The translations under genes were made by a program, and so were the position numbers. A stretch of DNA of 63,484 nucleotides, counting the filler, from Rhabdomonas costata (lineage: Eukaryota), in NCBI GenBank assembly GCA_019059605.1. It is 48 parts of 48 records of this genome, joined end to end, with 100 filler letters (N's around TTAATTAATTAA, not from the genome) between each part and the next. Parts side by side here need not be neighbours in the genome. Positions count along the whole stretch, not along the records: positions 25,174 to 26,394 come from JAHMHO010022907.1; positions 26,495 to 27,716 come from JAHMHO010022908.1; positions 27,817 to 29,041 come from JAHMHO010022909.1; positions 29,142 to 30,366 come from JAHMHO010022910.1; positions 30,467 to 31,689 come from JAHMHO010022911.1; positions 31,790 to 33,014 come from JAHMHO010022912.1; positions 33,115 to 34,339 come from JAHMHO010022913.1; positions 34,440 to 35,664 come from JAHMHO010022914.1; 40 more parts are not named here. The stretch is one strand, 5' to 3'. Under the pieces are notes generated by a model. That model did no database searches and had not been told where the DNA came from. It was given only the letters and a program-made list of their open reading frames with translations. Numbering within the stretch: the first letter of the stretch is position 1; every line of letters begins with the position of its first letter. Positions 25,893 through 37,643 of the stretch are shown one piece after another.

Positions 25893-26876
25893 CTCGAAAT
25901 ATATAAAACCGCCCCGGTGCGTGTGCGTGTGCGTGTGCACGGGGTTGCGAGTGGCGGCTGTGAATGAGCTCAGTCTTCCAATGCACCTTTACCGCGTATC
26001 ACACTCGAACAGACAATGTCATTGTACCTACTTTTCTTTCTGTGGCAGCTGCATTCCTAGCTGAAGTGTTCTTTGTATCTCCTGGGCAGGTTGCTTTGCT
26101 TTATTCGCCTGGCGGTCATTCTTAAGGGCGTCAGTCATTCTTATAAGCGGAGCTTCACTCGGATGCATATGCATGTTTGAATTGATTTGGTACACGGAGG
26201 ACAAAAAAGAATTCGGCTCCACGCTCCACACCCCCCCGAGTTTATTTCCGGACCGATGATGTGAAGCAGCATCCTGCATCAGGTCCTTTCTGGGGGAGCC
26301 GAGCATCGAGTTTCATTCCAAAGGCACACCGATGGACGAGGACCGTGCCATCCTTGGATAGAAAAAGCAAGGGCTGGCACGACAATTAACTCAGNNNNNN
26401 NNNNNNNNNNNNNNNNNNNNNNNNNNNNNNNNNNNNNNTTAATTAATTAANNNNNNNNNNNNNNNNNNNNNNNNNNNNNNNNNNNNNNNNNNNNGTCGAA
26501 TGTGGGGGGGGGGGCACACCCCCGACTCGTTGCCCTGCTGGGCGATGCAGTCGTCGAACTGGCGGTTGCATCCGGTCTCTCTAATCTTCATATAAATGGG
26601 CTTCACCCCCAACCGACTGCCAACTTCTCAGGATGCAGCCCGAGTAGCACGCTAGAAAATGCTTTCCATGCACGTCATGCATCTTGTAGTTTCAGCAAAA
26701 TAACTGGTATTTTGCAGAGTTTTCCCTATTTTTTTCTTTTTCATTTTCGAATGCCTTCAGTATTTTTTGCTGCATTTGTTTTCTCCCAAAAAATCGAAAC
26801 TCCGCGGTGAGGTATCCTTCGCATTCTCGATGGCTCCGTTTCGTACCAGTGATGTACGGTGGGTGATGGGGTGTAG

Positions 26877-27698
26877 GAGGGGGTCGGACCCCTGGAGGCG
26901 ACCATTAACAACCTATCCAAGTCCATCGCGCAGAAGAGCAATGAGAACGACCAGCTGCAGCGCGACTGGATCAAGGCGCAGACCGAGCTCGTGAACACCA
27001 AGAACTACACCTCGAAGCTGACAGAGTCCATTATGGAGCTGCGCGCCCAGGCCACTATCCTGGAGCAGAAGAAGATCCGCTTGACAGGTCAATGTTTTGC
27101 AGTATTTAGGGAAGAAGGAGGGAGGGAGGGCACTTCGCGCGTTTTTTGGAGTAGCAAATTCCATAGCGTTGAGTACAAATGTTGGGCAATGAACTGCTGA
27201 TCTGCAAAACCCTTGGGTGGTTACAAACGCCAACAATTACTCTTTGTTCATCAGCTGGTAGCAAATAACGTGCCTTCGTCACTCTTTGCTTTTTCGCGTT
27301 GATGCAGCTGCTTTTGACAGATTCAATTACAAAATTCAGAAAATCGGATTCTGTATCCAGAGTATGGTGTTTTCCGGTTTGTTGGTTTAGTGAAATCGAA
27401 ATGAAGTCGGCCATTGGTCAACCTGCGTTATATCATCACTCCCAGGGCAGTCCAAGCAGCAGGCCACGGAGATCTCCCAGCTAGAGCACGAGATCAAGCT
27501 GATGCACCTGCGCCAGAAGAAGCTCAACGAGCTGATCTCGCAGAACCAGGCCAAGCACAGCGCGGTTAGCGATGACGCCTACAACCTCGAGGGCGAGCTC
27601 CTGCTGCGGCTGGCACAGCGTGGGCAGGAGGCCACGGAGATGAGTACGAAGATCGAGGACATGAAAGAGGAGAAGAACCGCCTGCTGGGCGACTTCAT
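26877..27698 (+). CDS. CCDC40: Coiled-coil axonemal ruler protein CCDC40/FAP172, exons 26877-27087 and 27446-~27698
   Basis: GPLEATINNLSKSI...LQRDWIKAQTELV...ILEQKKIRL. Confidence 0.8.
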
Positions 27699-27881
27699 TT
27701 CGATTTCAACACAAAANNNNNNNNNNNNNNNNNNNNNNNNNNNNNNNNNNNNNNNNNNNNTTAATTAATTAANNNNNNNNNNNNNNNNNNNNNNNNNNNN
27801 NNNNNNNNNNNNNNNNTTTTTTGGGGTCTAAAATATCTAATCTAGCTTTATGTTCTATTAATTTACCAATCATTACAATAT

Positions 27882-29041
27882 TATTTATTGTCATATGCTG
27901 TTGCTAATAATAATATTGTAATGATTGGTAAATTAATAGAACATAAAGCTAGATTAGATATTTTAGACCCAAAAAAAAGACATATATTATATAAAATTGT
28001 TAAAAAAAATAATATTGAAATTATAAAAAAATTTATTGAATATAATAAAACGATTGTTGGTTATCATTTCATTGATATAAAAGATAAATATGGTTTATTT
28101 ATAACACATTATGTAATTTTATTTAAAAATATAAAAATATTAGAATTATTACATGAATTTATACAAACGAGATCACAATATGATAATGATGATAATAATT
28201 ATGTTATGTTTTCTATTGCATATAATCTTACAGAAATGATACCACATGTAATAAAATATGTTAATGTTAATGATATTAATAAACATGATGAAAGTGCGTT
28301 ACATATGGCAGTTAAAAACAGATATACAGATACAATAAGAATACTTTTACAAAATAAAACAGATATAAATATTGTAAATAAGAAAGAACAAACAGTATTA
28401 TATTCAACAAATGTTGATGATATTATAACCATATTAGTAAATAGTGGTATTAATATAAATCATCAAGATGTATATGGTGATACTTATTTACATATGATTA
28501 TTTCTCGATTTCAAGATGAAGATAATAACAATGAATTACTTGCATTTTTCATAAGATACCCTGTAAATTATAATTTAATAAATATAGATGGTGATACTGC
28601 TTTACATTTATTATTAAAAGCAAAAATAAAATCATCGGATAATAATGATATTTTTTCATCAAAACATGATATTTTGAAGAAATATGAAATTTCTACAAAA
28701 GAAGAAGAAATTTTAGTAAAAATGATATATAATACTGATTTAAATATACAAAATAATACAGGTGACACTTGTTTTCATTTTATATCTAGATTAAATTTAT
28801 GGAAAAATGAAGCTATTCAACAAGAATTATTAAAAAAAAGATTAAATATTTTTGTATTTAATAATTATGATAAAAGACCTATTGATTATATTACAGAAGA
28901 TGATTTTGATTTATATGTAGATCTAATTATTAATAGTTATTTAAATATATTACGAATAGAAAAGAAATTTATAGAGGATGTTGATAATATTTGTTCGAAA
29001 GATGATAAAAATACAAAATTATTATATAAATACACAAACCC
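27882..29041 (+). CDS. Ankyrin-repeat protein, Mimiviridae-type (APMV L371-like), truncated at both ends
   Basis: Intronless, very AT-rich; ankyrin motifs ESALHMAV, GDTYLH, GDTALHLL, GDTCFH followed by LW...KKRLNIF...SYL...ICS; 27817-27883 is a fold-back. Confidence 0.85.
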
Positions 29042-29206
29042 NNNNNNNNNNNNNNNNNNNNNNNNNNNNNNNNNNNNNNNNNNNNTTAATTAATTAANNN
29101 NNNNNNNNNNNNNNNNNNNNNNNNNNNNNNNNNNNNNNNNNTGTTGGAACATACATGTTTTCTTTTATCAATAATAAATGAAAACACGAATGTACTTTTA
29201 AAAAAT

Positions 29207-30328
29207 GGTTCACCAATATATGCTAGAAGAATAATTCCTTGTTTTGATGAACCATTTTTTAAAAGTACATTCGTGTTTTCATTTATTATTGATAAAAGAA
29301 AACATGTATGTTCCAATGCAACCATTAATAAAATAGTACGTATTACAGAAAATTATAATTTTGTTATTTTTAATGCGACACCTATCATGCCATCATATAT
29401 TATTGCATTTACAATTGGGAAACTAAAACATATTACATCATTGAGCAATGATATTTCAATAAGTATATATTCACATGTAACATTAGATATTCCGATTACA
29501 TCTATGGAAATTATAAAAGAGATCATGATATGTATAGACAAACTATTTACTATGAAATATCCTTTGACAAAATTAGACTTTGTTTCTCTACATAGTTTAA
29601 AACCACTTGCTATGGAAAATTTCGGTTTGATATCATGTAGAAATGATATATTACAACATAGTAATACATTTGAAAATAAGATTACTTTGATACATGAAAT
29701 TATACATCATTGGTTTGGAAATATTGTTACAATGCGTACATTTAATGATATGTGGTTAAAAGAATCATTTGCTACATTTTTATCTTATTATATTTTATTT
29801 AAAATGACATATGACAACAAAATATGGTCAAAATTCATTACTAATGTAATGAATAATGCTTTTAATGCAGATATAAATTCACATTCGTTATATATACAAG
29901 ACAATTTTAATAACAAAACTGTTTATGATTATGTTTTTGACTCAATTACATATAATAAAGGTGCATGTGTTTTATTTATGCTATACAATTATTCAGAAAA
30001 AAAATTATTGAACTGTCTGAATAGTTATTTACAATCATATAAATATGACACAGTTACATCATATGACTTTATAAATATGGTTAAAAAAATTTTTGACATA
30101 GATATTACTTCATGGATATTTACTCCAGATTATCCAATCATAAAAGTAAACAAAAATACTTTGAACATCCAGAATAATAGATGGAATATATTGTTGTCAA
30201 TAACAAAACAAGATAATACCAAACAAAAAATATTATTTCAATCAACACAAACAACGTATAATATTAAAGATATAAAATATATACATCAACATGGATATTA
30301 TAAAATAAAATATAATTTTCAAATATAA
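29207..30328 (+). CDS. M1-family zinc aminopeptidase, probably giant-viral, 5'-truncated
   Basis: ARRIIPCFDEP, LAMENFGL (GAMEN variant), HEIIH-x18-E, YNKG; intronless and AT-rich; 29142-29211 is a fold-back. Confidence 0.92.
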   Translation, partial: GSPIYARRIIPCFDEPFFKSTFVFSFIIDKRKHVCSNATINKIVRITENYNFVIFNATPIMPSYIIAFTIGKLKHITSLSNDISISIYSHVTLDIPITSMEIIKEIMICIDKLFTMKYPLTKLDFVSLHSLKPLAMENFGLISCRNDILQHSNTFENKITLIHEIIHHWFGNIVTMRTFNDMWLKESFATFLSYYILFKMTYDNKIWSKFITNVMNNAFNADINSHSLYIQDNFNNKTVYDYVFDSITYNKGACVLFMLYNYSEKKLLNCLNSYLQSYKYDTVTSYDFINMVKKIFDIDITSWIFTPDYPIIKVNKNTLNIQNNRWNILLSITKQDNTKQKILFQSTQTTYNIKDIKYIHQHGYYKIKYNFQI

Positions 30329-30604
30329 TTATGAATATGATAATTTTGTAATACTTACAAAAAAACNNNNNNNNNNNNNNNNNNNNNNNNNNNNNNNNNN
30401 NNNNNNNNNNTTAATTAATTAANNNNNNNNNNNNNNNNNNNNNNNNNNNNNNNNNNNNNNNNNNNNATACTTCAGTGTAGTTCATGAGCTTTCCTATTTG
30501 GTCACTTGTTCTCATAGTGGGTTACATGCATGGCAGGTGACAGGTGTTAGAACTACCAATAATGGGCTGAGGGGTTAAGCAGAGAAGAAGAGAGAGGGAT
30601 TGAC

Positions 30605-31078
30605 CTGGGACTTCGAGTGCTTGTACTTCTGCCGGGGCACATCCACGGGGTAGCCCTCCTCGAACTGCCGCATGTGGATTCCGCCGTAGGCCCGAATCCC
30701 GGCTTCCCGCCTCGCGCGGAACTCCTTCCGGTGCTCCACCAAAAACGCGAGTTGGCGCCTAGAGATAATAACAATTGTCTGGGTAAAAGGGGAAAGCGGG
30801 ACCAGGGTGACGCTTACCTCCGCGGCCTTGCGGGCCTCCCAACGACGGGAGAGGGTGATCAGGGGCAGCAGCACCAGCCCCACTATGAAGGTCATCCACG
30901 CTGGGGCCAGCATGAACATCACAAACTGCTGCTGGAACTTGAAGTTGGAACCCAGGATGCAGTCCAGGGAGAGGATCTGGGTGTCCGGCTGGCTCACTGT
31001 CTTCTGACTCGCGAAGAACTCCGTGATGAAGGAAGGCATATACCGCGCCGCAAGGAGCTCGCTGATCTTCGTGGCGAC
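30605..31078 (-). CDS. Exons of a multi-pass membrane receptor-like protein (31078-30818, 30778-30605)
   Basis: MPSFITEFF...LSLDCIL...hydrophobic FVMFMLAPAWMTFIVGLVLLPLI; GT-AG junctions. Confidence 0.7.
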
Positions 31079-31862
31079 CTGTGGGTGAGTGTGGTTGGGT
31101 TGTGAGTTCGCTCCGAGTGAGAGAGGTGGACTGGGATGGGAGTGGCGTGAAGCTTTGTGTTCGTGAAATATTGGGGGAACGATGAATGCGACGACGTGGC
31201 CTTTTGTGGGGAAATACAAAGAGAGAATGTGAGGAGGTGCTGCACACACTCACGGCCTTCGTTGAGTTACTGGCTGCCGCTGTTCAACTAGAACTCGGCC
31301 CTTCAGTGAGAGATTGAGTCGCTTTGGCGGGAGGGGGGTGACCCCTCCGGAGCCCTTCTGCAGATCTTCACGAAATTTTCTCAGGAACGTAAGGTTTCCG
31401 TATCCATTGCCCCATTTCCAACAGCCAATATCCGACAATCCTAGGAACGTGGTACCGCGCATGTCAAACATGAGCCACATAAGCGCACAGATACAGACAG
31501 GTTTAAAAGAGGTGAACGAAGGGGTTTCCCTCCGTGAGCCATTGAACATAAACCAGGGTCAGGGGCACGAAACGTCCCACAAAAAAACCTGAGAAAAGTG
31601 CTGGAAACGAGTCGCAGCACCGTTGAAAAAAAGCACCCCCACTTGACCAGACATTTAGGAAGAAAGCAGAGGAGATTAAACCCCCCACANNNNNNNNNNN
31701 NNNNNNNNNNNNNNNNNNNNNNNNNNNNNNNNNTTAATTAATTAANNNNNNNNNNNNNNNNNNNNNNNNNNNNNNNNNNNNNNNNNNNNTTTTTTGGGTC
31801 GTTCAGGTCCTTTTCCTTTTGTGTGTCCCTGTCCGTCTTCCCCATCCCTATTCCCTCTGGAG

Positions 31863-33005
31863 ACGCCAAGTGCATGCATGGCCTGTGACAGTGACAAGTG
31901 CCTGCCAGAGCCAGAGCACTCCCCAGATATGCAGAACAGGATGAACGGGCTTCAGGAGGTCTCTGTGGTCTGTCCAAAGGAGGGCATCGGGGCGCACGGC
32001 GGAGACCCCGGGGCTGAGCCCAATGGCCCCGCGAGTGGCAGGCACGTCTTACCTTACCCCCGATTTCGATTTAGAGTTTTTTTATCATGGAGGGCTGGGG
32101 CAGAAAGGCACTTGCTAAAATATAACTCTAGCCTCACTTCCATCTACAACCCGGACACTTAACCTAATCTGCCGTGTCTGCCGTGTCGGATAGCGTAGAA
32201 CGTGGTTCATCTTGTTCAGAAACACAGTAGGGGTCTGAAGACAGGGTTAGCTGGATTTTTGTGTGTGGTCAAGGCGTGAGGCACGATAGTGGGACATTGG
32301 TCTTGATCTTATTTTGCTTCGCTAAGTTATTTCCTGGTGCCCTCTTTTACTATTTGTAGTCAATGAACTGCTTGGCTGACGGATGGGAAAGATTTTTATT
32401 GCAACGTTTTTGGTAGCATCAGAAAATTGAAGGCAGTCAGAAGGACCCTGTTAGGGGGTTGGGCGAAATTTGCTGGTGCTTCCTGAGATGTAATAGATGC
32501 GTTTTGGAGCTTAAATATGACTGACCCATTGCTGGGCTTTGATGGGCGAGTGTCACTCCTTTGGCGTCGCGGGACGTGACCTGGGAGGTTGCGTTTCGGA
32601 GCCGCCATGGGCGAAATCCAGACTCTCAAGAACGCATATACGCACTGGGACCCAGCTGCCAAAAGGAAGCACACGCGCTTGGACACCGCCCGATCTTAAG
32701 CGCTGCGCTGGTAGGGCCCTGCTGAGCAGTAATCCTGTCGTCCACTATTGACTGTCGCAGGCACGACCTGCACACCAACGTCTTCTTGTTGGCGCTGGGG
32801 CTGGTCTCGCTGGTGGTGGTGAAGGCCGTGATGACGTACTCCCGGCACACCACGCACTTCCGCCCACTGAGCAACGGACAGGTGCTGTGCCTGCTGCTCG
32901 CGGTGTTCCTCTCCGGGATGTGGGTGTTCCTGCATCTGATCGCGCTGTGCACCGCCGTGCGGAACTTCTTCCTTACCCGCGACCACACGCTCAGGAAACA
33001 AAGCT
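31863..33005 (+). CDS. Membrane protein exons (~31863-32041, 32761-~33005)
   Basis: Second exon is GC3-rich with two TM helices; phase-2 GC-AG junction fits. Confidence 0.55.
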
Positions 33006-33264
33006 GTACCACCCNNNNNNNNNNNNNNNNNNNNNNNNNNNNNNNNNNNNNNNNNNNNTTAATTAATTAANNNNNNNNNNNNNNNNNNNNNNNNNNNNNN
33101 NNNNNNNNNNNNNNGGTTTGGGTGATGGGGTGAAAGTCAGAGGGCCAGCGCTTATAACAAGGTGCGTTTGGGGTGGGGCGTGGGGCGTGGGAGGGGAACT
33201 CCCTGACTCCCTGTTTCAATGGCAGTCTTCTGCTTTTCCTTGAGCACAGCTCTCAGACTCGCAC

Positions 33265-33774
33265 CGCCTCCAGGGTCTTATCCATGAACACAGCGCCGTG
33301 CAGGTCCTTTGCCGCCCGCGCAGAGTCCACGGAGTTCTCGAAGACCAGAGTGGCAGTGCCTAACAAGCAGAGAGCTGACCTGGTAGCTATCAGCAAGCCT
33401 CATCAACCCATATGAGGTGCCGAGAAGGCCTGACCAGCAGTCAACTAAACAGACTTACATTAAACATCATTGGTTGGCTAGACATGTTGTCCTTTCATGG
33501 AAGCCCAATTGAATCAAATGGAAATGCACAGCCAGGTGTCCTCTCAACACTCATATTCAAAGCAACGGAAACAGCCCGAGCCGGGGGGGGGGCGGAAAAA
33601 TCTCTTCTGGCCGCTGTACTCGCGCAACAGCGTGCCCCTGATGATGCCCCAAAAGAGCGCCCCATCACGTGACACACCGACATAAGTCCCGTAGGGTGTG
33701 GTGTCGCAGTAGACGGTAACCTTCGAGGCAGGGCTTTTCGATGCGCAGAACTTCTTGAGCTCTGCTTCGAGATT
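33265..33774 (-). CDS. RRM-domain protein, exons 33774-33678 and 33359-33265
   Basis: NLEAELKKFC...YV|GTATLVFENSVDSARAAKDLHGAVFMDKTLE (RNP1-like then helix 2). Confidence 0.75.
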
Positions 33775-34515
33775 CTGGGCGAAAATGAGAAAAGAACACA
33801 GTGCTTAGCAAGTATACATACACGTGCATCTGCACGCTGCGGCATTGGAAGTGTTGGAAGCACCTTCGGCTAGGATGCTTTTTTGCGCATTGATCTGTTT
33901 ACACAGGGCGCTATTCTGAAATTCTGAAATGCTCAGTGAGGCGGACACCCCTTCCTACCGGATCACCCTACGCGAGTGCGAGTAATACATAAGATGATTC
34001 TTTTCATCATTGCAACATGGACATATGTCAGACCCTGGTCGTCAATGCTGAGTACAGACTGAAATTGGAGTGGTTATCTTAGCAGCAGTGCTGAGCATTG
34101 CGGGCGAAGCGGACTATCGCTGACACAACGCGGCAGTGGATTCCGGTTGATTCCAGTTGGAATGGCACAAAAGAACTCGACGACTGTGAAAAAAACTGTC
34201 AGAAATCATTCATTAATTTGTCATTAACACCTGAAAGAGCATACCGGCTGACCGGCTGACCTGCATAGGGGCTGCACCCCAAGGGTATCGTATCGGGGAC
34301 GTTGTGCCAAGCACCGGCATCCAAGTGCCACAACAACCCNNNNNNNNNNNNNNNNNNNNNNNNNNNNNNNNNNNNNNNNNNNNTTAATTAATTAANNNNN
34401 NNNNNNNNNNNNNNNNNNNNNNNNNNNNNNNNNNNNNNNTGTTGGTGTGGGGCATCATCAATGCCGTGAGTCAGCACAATGGTTTGCATGCCTGCGTGTC
34501 TTTTGTCTTTTGCAG

Positions 34516-35110
34516 AGCGGACTTCGTGCAGAGGTTCCACCAGTGGTTTCTGACCATGAATGCAGCGCGGGAGTCCCTGCGCGGCGCAAAGCACGACCTG
34601 GAGCAGCTGCCACAGGACCTGATCCTGAAAGCTCGGGTGCAAAGCCTAGAAACCACCCTGCAGGCAAGGCTCAGCGAGCAGCCGAGGTTCAAGTTTGCTC
34701 CGCGAACTCGGGTGTGTGTGCCTGCCTGCGTCTGTGCTTGTGCAGTGCAGGAACCATAGAAAGGGCTACAGAAAAATGCGGTGTATGTGTGTGAACTTTT
34801 CAGCCATCGTCTCAATTTTTGCGACTGCTCGGGACTCCAGTCATTTTCGAGGCAACCAATGTCTCCATGCAGGCATCTGCTGCCCCCCCCCCCGGCCCCC
34901 AGAGGAAGTTCTGGTTGGGGTTGGGAGCCTTCACCCTTCGCCACTCGAGACTAATGTGTTGGACCATGACGTGGATTCGGATCACCCGGCCGTGTGCATG
35001 CTTTTGATTCCTGAGGGACTTTCATTTTCGTCGTCGGATCGGGATCACAGGAGCTGATCGCGCACACCTTCAAGCAGGTGGAGATGCCCACCCTTCCGGT
35101 CTTTGAGGAA
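34516..35110 (+). CDS. Multi-exon hypothetical protein
   Basis: GC3-rich CAG-bounded exons ADFVQRFHQWFLTM... and ELIAHTFKQVEMP. Confidence 0.55.
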
Positions 35111-36138
35111 GGCCGCGCCATGTCCCCAACGGCAAAAAGGCTGTCCAGAGCCCCTTCGTCAAGCTTCTTCGGTGCGATTTTCTTCTTTCCACGCACCATG
35201 GCAGCACCTGGGAATGTTTCTGTAGCGGTTTTGGGGAGCAATAGTCTCCCTCCCTGACTTCATTTCCCCATTGCCCCCGGTTTTGTCGCCATGTAGGGGC
35301 CTTTTTTGCCTCTCTTTTGTTCGCCCTTGGACCTCCGCATCGGCGCTGTATCCAGCAGTATCCGTGCCATGTTCCACATCCCACGCACACAGCTTTTACA
35401 TACTCACGCGGTGCCTCAGCTCTCATCCCTCGACTTCATTATTTTAGCTGCACTTTTTCCTCCATACTCCTCCCCCTTCCGCATCCTTATCCCCGTTTTT
35501 TTCCTGCATACTTGCCTCCTCAGTAGAACAATTCCCTGGACATTGTTGCTGCCATTGTGTTTAATGCAATATCCGGCAGCTGACGTTGTTCGTTTTCTTT
35601 ACTTTTTGTTTTTCACTAACTGTTTGTTCTTCCGTTACTGTTATCATATGTTCCCCCCAACCACNNNNNNNNNNNNNNNNNNNNNNNNNNNNNNNNNNNN
35701 NNNNNNNNTTAATTAATTAANNNNNNNNNNNNNNNNNNNNNNNNNNNNNNNNNNNNNNNNNNNNTGTTGGTGGGTTCTCCACGACGAAAAAGAACCTCGG
35801 AGCAGCCAGAGTCCGCAAGCTTCACAATGCCTTGACTTATTCACAGAAGCAGCGGTGATCAGAGCAAAACAAACAACGTAACACGGAGTCCGGCGTTCGG
35901 AAACGTGACGAGGGAAAGAAATTCATGCCACTTCATGCAATTCATGTCCTTTAAAAAAGGACTAGTGTTGGCCACATAAGCCACTCCAAAATGGCAGAAA
36001 CTAGTCTTTGGAAATACATTCTGTGCGTTGGAGTGAAAAATTCCTGCAAATAAAAAACTCGTCATACCATATCGGGTTTAGCGGAATTTAAAGGATGTTG
36101 GGATTTTTTCATAACTTATTTTTTTATTTTATAGCACT

Positions 36139-36221
36139 AGAGGGCTAAGCCGAAGCAGGCCTGGGGTCTTTTGTACATACAGCAGGCCTCCCAAAACGCT
36201 GCGTGGCCGGTCCTTGGGGTC
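36139..36221. repeat. Dispersed intronic repeat, copy 1
   Basis: 77/83 identical by manual alignment to 57439-57521. Confidence 0.9.
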
Positions 36222-36386
36222 AGGAGAGTCCCAACCTTTCACCCTCGGCCGGTGGTGGTGCCCCTTGGCGGCTCTTTCGTAACCCTTCGCCGCTTCTTGC
36301 CCCACACAGCGCGGGAACAGAAAGTACGAGCGGATTTACGGGAACTTGCTCCTGACCCTTTGTGACAAAACAAAGGGGGCTTGCAC

Positions 36387-36732
36387 CTGTTGAGAAGCAC
36401 CTTGGAAGGATTCAGATCCACGTAAATGATGCAGTTTACATGTAAGCACTGCAGTCCCGCCAGGACCTGCGAAGGCACACCCACGCAGATCGAGCGACAT
36501 GAGCCAACTGCAACCCAGTCACCTCACGTGTCACAGTGCAAGTGAGAAAGAAACGGCAGACAAAAACAAAAAATCAGCACGCCTGTCGGGTGACGCAGGA
36601 CAGCACGTTCTCGGGAAACAGTGCTCCCCGCTTGGTTTGGTTCAAAGAGCACAGAGAGTCAAGTACCAAGTCTAGTGAGCCCACGTCCATATATTCCATC
36701 AGCAGATGTATCTCAAGTGGAGTATGGCAGAT
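36387..36732 (-). CDS. MAPKK (STE7)-like kinase with degenerate catalytic loop, exons 36732-36583 and 36466-36387
   Basis: IHLLMEYMDVGSLD...PENVLSCVTRQ|VLAGLQCLHVNCIIYVDLNPSKVLLN. Confidence 0.85.
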
Positions 36733-37643
36733 CTGTCCCCAAGAATTGGCACTCGCAAAAGTCAGATCAGAGAGAAAAGACCCCGCGAATACCTCAGGTG
36801 AACACAATTAACCAAAGGGAGAAAACTTTCCGTGGCAGAGTGCCACAACGTCCAAGGTCGTTCTCCTGAGTTTCACATCTGACTGAGACCCCGACAAAAA
36901 CTGCGCACACGCCCCTCCTCAAGGGCAGGCACCAAGGGGTCAAAGTTTCTTCTCCCGCTTTTGTTAGCGCAGTAATAGTCAAACCAACANNNNNNNNNNN
37001 NNNNNNNNNNNNNNNNNNNNNNNNNNNNNNNNNTTAATTAATTAANNNNNNNNNNNNNNNNNNNNNNNNNNNNNNNNNNNNNNNNNNNNGGGTGGTTGGG
37101 GACATTGCCTGGAGATGACGGAGTCTGGCACAGTCGCAAGACTTAATATTTATGATGACTGAGAAAGGTGTATCATTCACAGAGACAGGCCCCACCCTGC
37201 CCAACACTCCCCACGTGCTCCTCGATCCCCGAAAACTCAGCACCATCATAACTAACCTATGCCCACAAAACAAGTCACACAAGGGCGAAGCCGAAGCCGG
37301 TACCACTCGAAGCCACCACTGTCTCACATAACCGCGCTTAATTCAATTTTTACAGCCATGTCTGCCTATAATCTTTGCAACAGCAACCGCGTAATCGGGT
37401 TCAGGAGTCCACGACCCAACGAACGGGCTTCTGACTTCAAATTCACTCGGCACCCACAAGGATTTTCTTGAAATCGGGCCCAACCAACACCAACCGTTTC
37501 GCAGCTTTAAAAACATCAAATTTTGCAATTATGAATGAACACCCAAATCAAATCAAACGCCACAACTAGCTTTTTGAGAGTCCTAGAAAAAACTCACTTG
37601 CAGCATTTGCTTTGCAGGGAGAAAAGGGGAGGGTAGCGGTTAC

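Noticed and set aside
27882-30328. Ankyrin and M1 peptidase as adjacent genes or a viral island in the host chromosome
   Set aside because: A linker separates them, so adjacency carries no linkage information. The same applies to any cross-contig 'system', such as ART plus Nudix plus kinase.
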